The translations under genes and the position numbers were made by a program. The notes beneath the pieces are model-generated. The model was given only the letters and a program-made list of their open reading frames with translations. It searched no databases and had not been told where the DNA came from. From Phoronis australis (lineage: Eukaryota; Animalia; Phoronida), in contig NMRA01000812.1 in assembly GCA_002633005.1 (NCBI GenBank), positions 70,945-134,944 on the forward strand: a stretch of 64,000 bases of DNA, in the 5' to 3' direction. The stretch's first letter is position 1. Every line of letters begins with the position of its first letter. Below are positions 61,225 to 64,000 of this stretch, in pieces.

Positions 61225-62989
61225 CAGCTTTCACTAAATAAATGCTAAACGATAAAAGAGTAGTAATAAAACATGGATACAAAAGATTATAGTAAACGTT
61301 TTAAAGCGATATGCTCTTTGTCTACAGTAGGAGGTAAAACTTCAATAACTGGGTGGAGTAAAAACTTGTACTACAAAAGGACGGGTGAGGATGGATACTT
61401 GATCACAAAGGGACCTTGTTTACCAATATGGACACGTGCATGTTTTAGGGAGCGTCCGTTAAGTATTGAGAATGATGTCACATATGTCTGCTCTTGAGCC
61501 CTGCTGGGCTGAAGCCCTGACATTGCAAGTTCCCTAAATTCCTTTTCTCAAACTATTAAAGTTCACCCAGGGATAATTGGAAACTACAAAAATACCAAAT
61601 CTGCGCGTGTGCGAGCTTCTATCAGAACAGCAAAGTCACATGACAGTCAAAATGAAGAATGCCATCAACAATACAATGGTGTACCCCTGTTGTACATCGG
61701 TTTTTTGCTTGATAATGCTCAATTTTCTCTTGGACGAGATCCCAGCTTTTAAAGCACAAGTACAGTTCAACTGAGGACTACACGAAGCAGACCAAATGAC
61801 ATCACATTATGGGTTTTGAGATGCTAGGCATATAGTCATGATCGTTAATAACCACCAGTTGAAAGAAGAAGAAATTTTCTACCAGGATAGTAAACTTTAT
61901 AGGCGTCAAATACTAGCAATTGTTCACTAGTGTCATGATATGGGGCAGAAGTGTACGGGTCCCTAGTTAAGAGAAGCAGTTTCATCCACTGAATAACACT
62001 GACCAGAGACAGCGCCACTGTAGGCTGAACCTCGAGCAAATAATAAGGGTAAGACCACATCTGGGCACAGGCAACTCGGACGATATTGTTATACATGACC
62101 TCCCTAGCAGGTACAACAATNTTTTCTTGTATGTTTTGTGAATTCTTCAATAAAAATATATCACCTTAAAAGAAACCCAATGCAACACCACTCCCTAGGC
62201 CCCCTTCTTTCGCGTCTGCCTATTGCATGTGGATACTCAGACTCACGTGCGTAATGCCAAATGGCAGGTGACTTTAACTAAGTGACAGTCGAGTCGTCAC
62301 AAGAAAGTCTTGCATTTTCTCATCGGACTTCGGGCTGCCGGCAGCACTCGATCGATATTGATATGATGTAAATAGCGGGTGAAAACAGAAAGTCTTTTAA
62401 ACTTACCTTTGGTTTAGATGAAGCCAACCCTTACCCATCTACAACACCCTCACTCACTAGGTCCCCCACATCTGTATCCTGGCCAACGATATTGACACTT
62501 GGCACATTCACACCCAAGCTATCGTGTTAAACAGAATGCCAAACAACAGGAGACTACTTAACAAAGCGGAAGTCTTGCGTTATCTCGGGGGTCATATATT
62601 GCCCTGTCCAGAAAACGCATTTCCCTTGAGAAGACAATATATGTCCTCTTGACAAAACGCGAGTTCGTTAGCAAACATATTGTTGGGAGGGTAAATGCTT
62701 CGGAGACAAACTTGATTTGTCAAATATCTTCTCAGGTGTTGTTGAATTCATGAAAGGGTGGTCGTGACTCAGTAAAGGTTGGGAATGTATAGTTCACCAC
62801 TTCATTTCACTGTATTTACTATGAGCAAGGTTTGAAACGGGCATATTATATCAGACTATTACATTTAAGTCTGCCACTCGTCATGACACTGTACGACACA
62901 CTGTAACGCCGTACGGCTGACGCTGATGAGAGCACTGTCCTCACTGTTTCACTATGCCATAGCATTTAGCTGAATACTGCTGTGCCGGT

Positions 62990-63790
62990 GCGCGAGCTTG
63001 GAATCGCACGTGAACTTGGAATTGAACATATATTTGAGCAATCAGGTGAAATTTTTCTAGTGTAAAGAATATTTGTAATAACTGGCCTCACACACATTTT
63101 TTCCTTTAGTCTAACTTGTGTCAAAGAAGGGAGAAATATGTGAATGGTTAAATCAATTAAAGTTTGATAATAAAGATCGCCAATAGTTGGAGAAATATTG
63201 GTTAAAATTAAAGTTATTTTATGAACATTTAATTTCATTCAGTGCAGTGTAAATTTTTACAAACATAAGCGTGATAATTTGAGTGAACTTATCAAGTTTC
63301 CTTGTGTATTCCAAGTTCACGCATACAAGATCTTGAGATTAAGCAGGATTTCAAGTTCACGCACAGATGATGCACAGCAGTACAACTGCAAGACAGTCGT
63401 AGACAGTGCCACTCAGCTGTGCATGAATTTGGAATCCTGCTTAATCTCAAGATTAAGCGGAAGTGAGTGTTGCGTGAACTTGGAATTGAATATTCTTTAA
63501 GGCAAAAGGGTGAAATTTTTGTTCGGTGAAAAGAATTTTTGTAATTATTGGCCTTGAAATCAACCATTTTCTTCTTTACCGTAACTTGTGTCGCTGAACA
63601 GGAGGAATATGTGAATGGCTAAATAGATTATTGTTTGGTGAAACTGCATCGCCTGTAGTTGAAAAGGTTGTTAAAATTGACATTATTTTATTCACATGTA
63701 ACTTGATTTGGTGCAGTGCAGATTTTTATGAACACGAACCTGATTATTTGAGTGAACTTGTCAAGTTGCCTCGCGTATTCGAAGTTCATG
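62990..63790. repeat. Composite repeat: two diverged ~300-bp direct copies separated by an inverted repeat
   Basis: 63010-63320 resembles 63473-63790; inverted arms TCTTGAGATTAAGCAGGATT / AATCCTGCTTAATCTCAAGA at ~63330 and ~63435. Confidence 0.7.
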
Positions 63791-64000
63791 CAACACTCAC
63801 TCTAGGCAATGACCATCGCCTCTGTTGGCCCGAAGCAGAGGCGATGGAGAGGCTATAGGCGCTCTGTACGCTGGAAGCTTTTCGGCGAATTGTGCCTCGC
63901 ACCGACTAAACCATCAAAGTCACATTGTTATAAATACCTTTTGCGCATAGAGGAACACCTTAGGAGGTTGTCGATGTGTTTAAGTCCTTCCAACTCGAAC

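Overview
AT-rich animal genomic DNA, most likely a marine invertebrate such as a mollusc (inferred from the repeat types and the HDAC6 sequence). It is a draft heterozygous assembly with 3 long N gaps and about 16 single-n joins, most flanked by duplicated sequence. The right part (37.2-61.2 kb, minus strand) is a multi-exon HDAC6 gene: a basic N-terminus, two deacetylase domains and a C-terminal ZnF-UBP. I spliced 31 coding exons by eye in continuous phase; the start of CD1 is probably hidden in the 57137-58100 gap. The left part is repeat-dominated. It holds several copies of a large element made of a ~193-bp satellite array plus ~4-4.6 kb of body ending CACTG|TA, a decayed L1/Tx1-clade LINE, a RecQ-helicase fragment, THAP-bearing transposon remnants (one a TTAA-flanked KolobokP-like unit) and MITEs. 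The most unusual feature is an intact ~385-codon reading frame (14591/14604-15752) wedged between two satellite arrays at an ACCAT junction. Its C-terminal half has motifs suggesting a divergent ADP-ribosyltransferase-like fold, and paralogous copies of its downstream flank recur at 22.6 kb and 26.1 kb.
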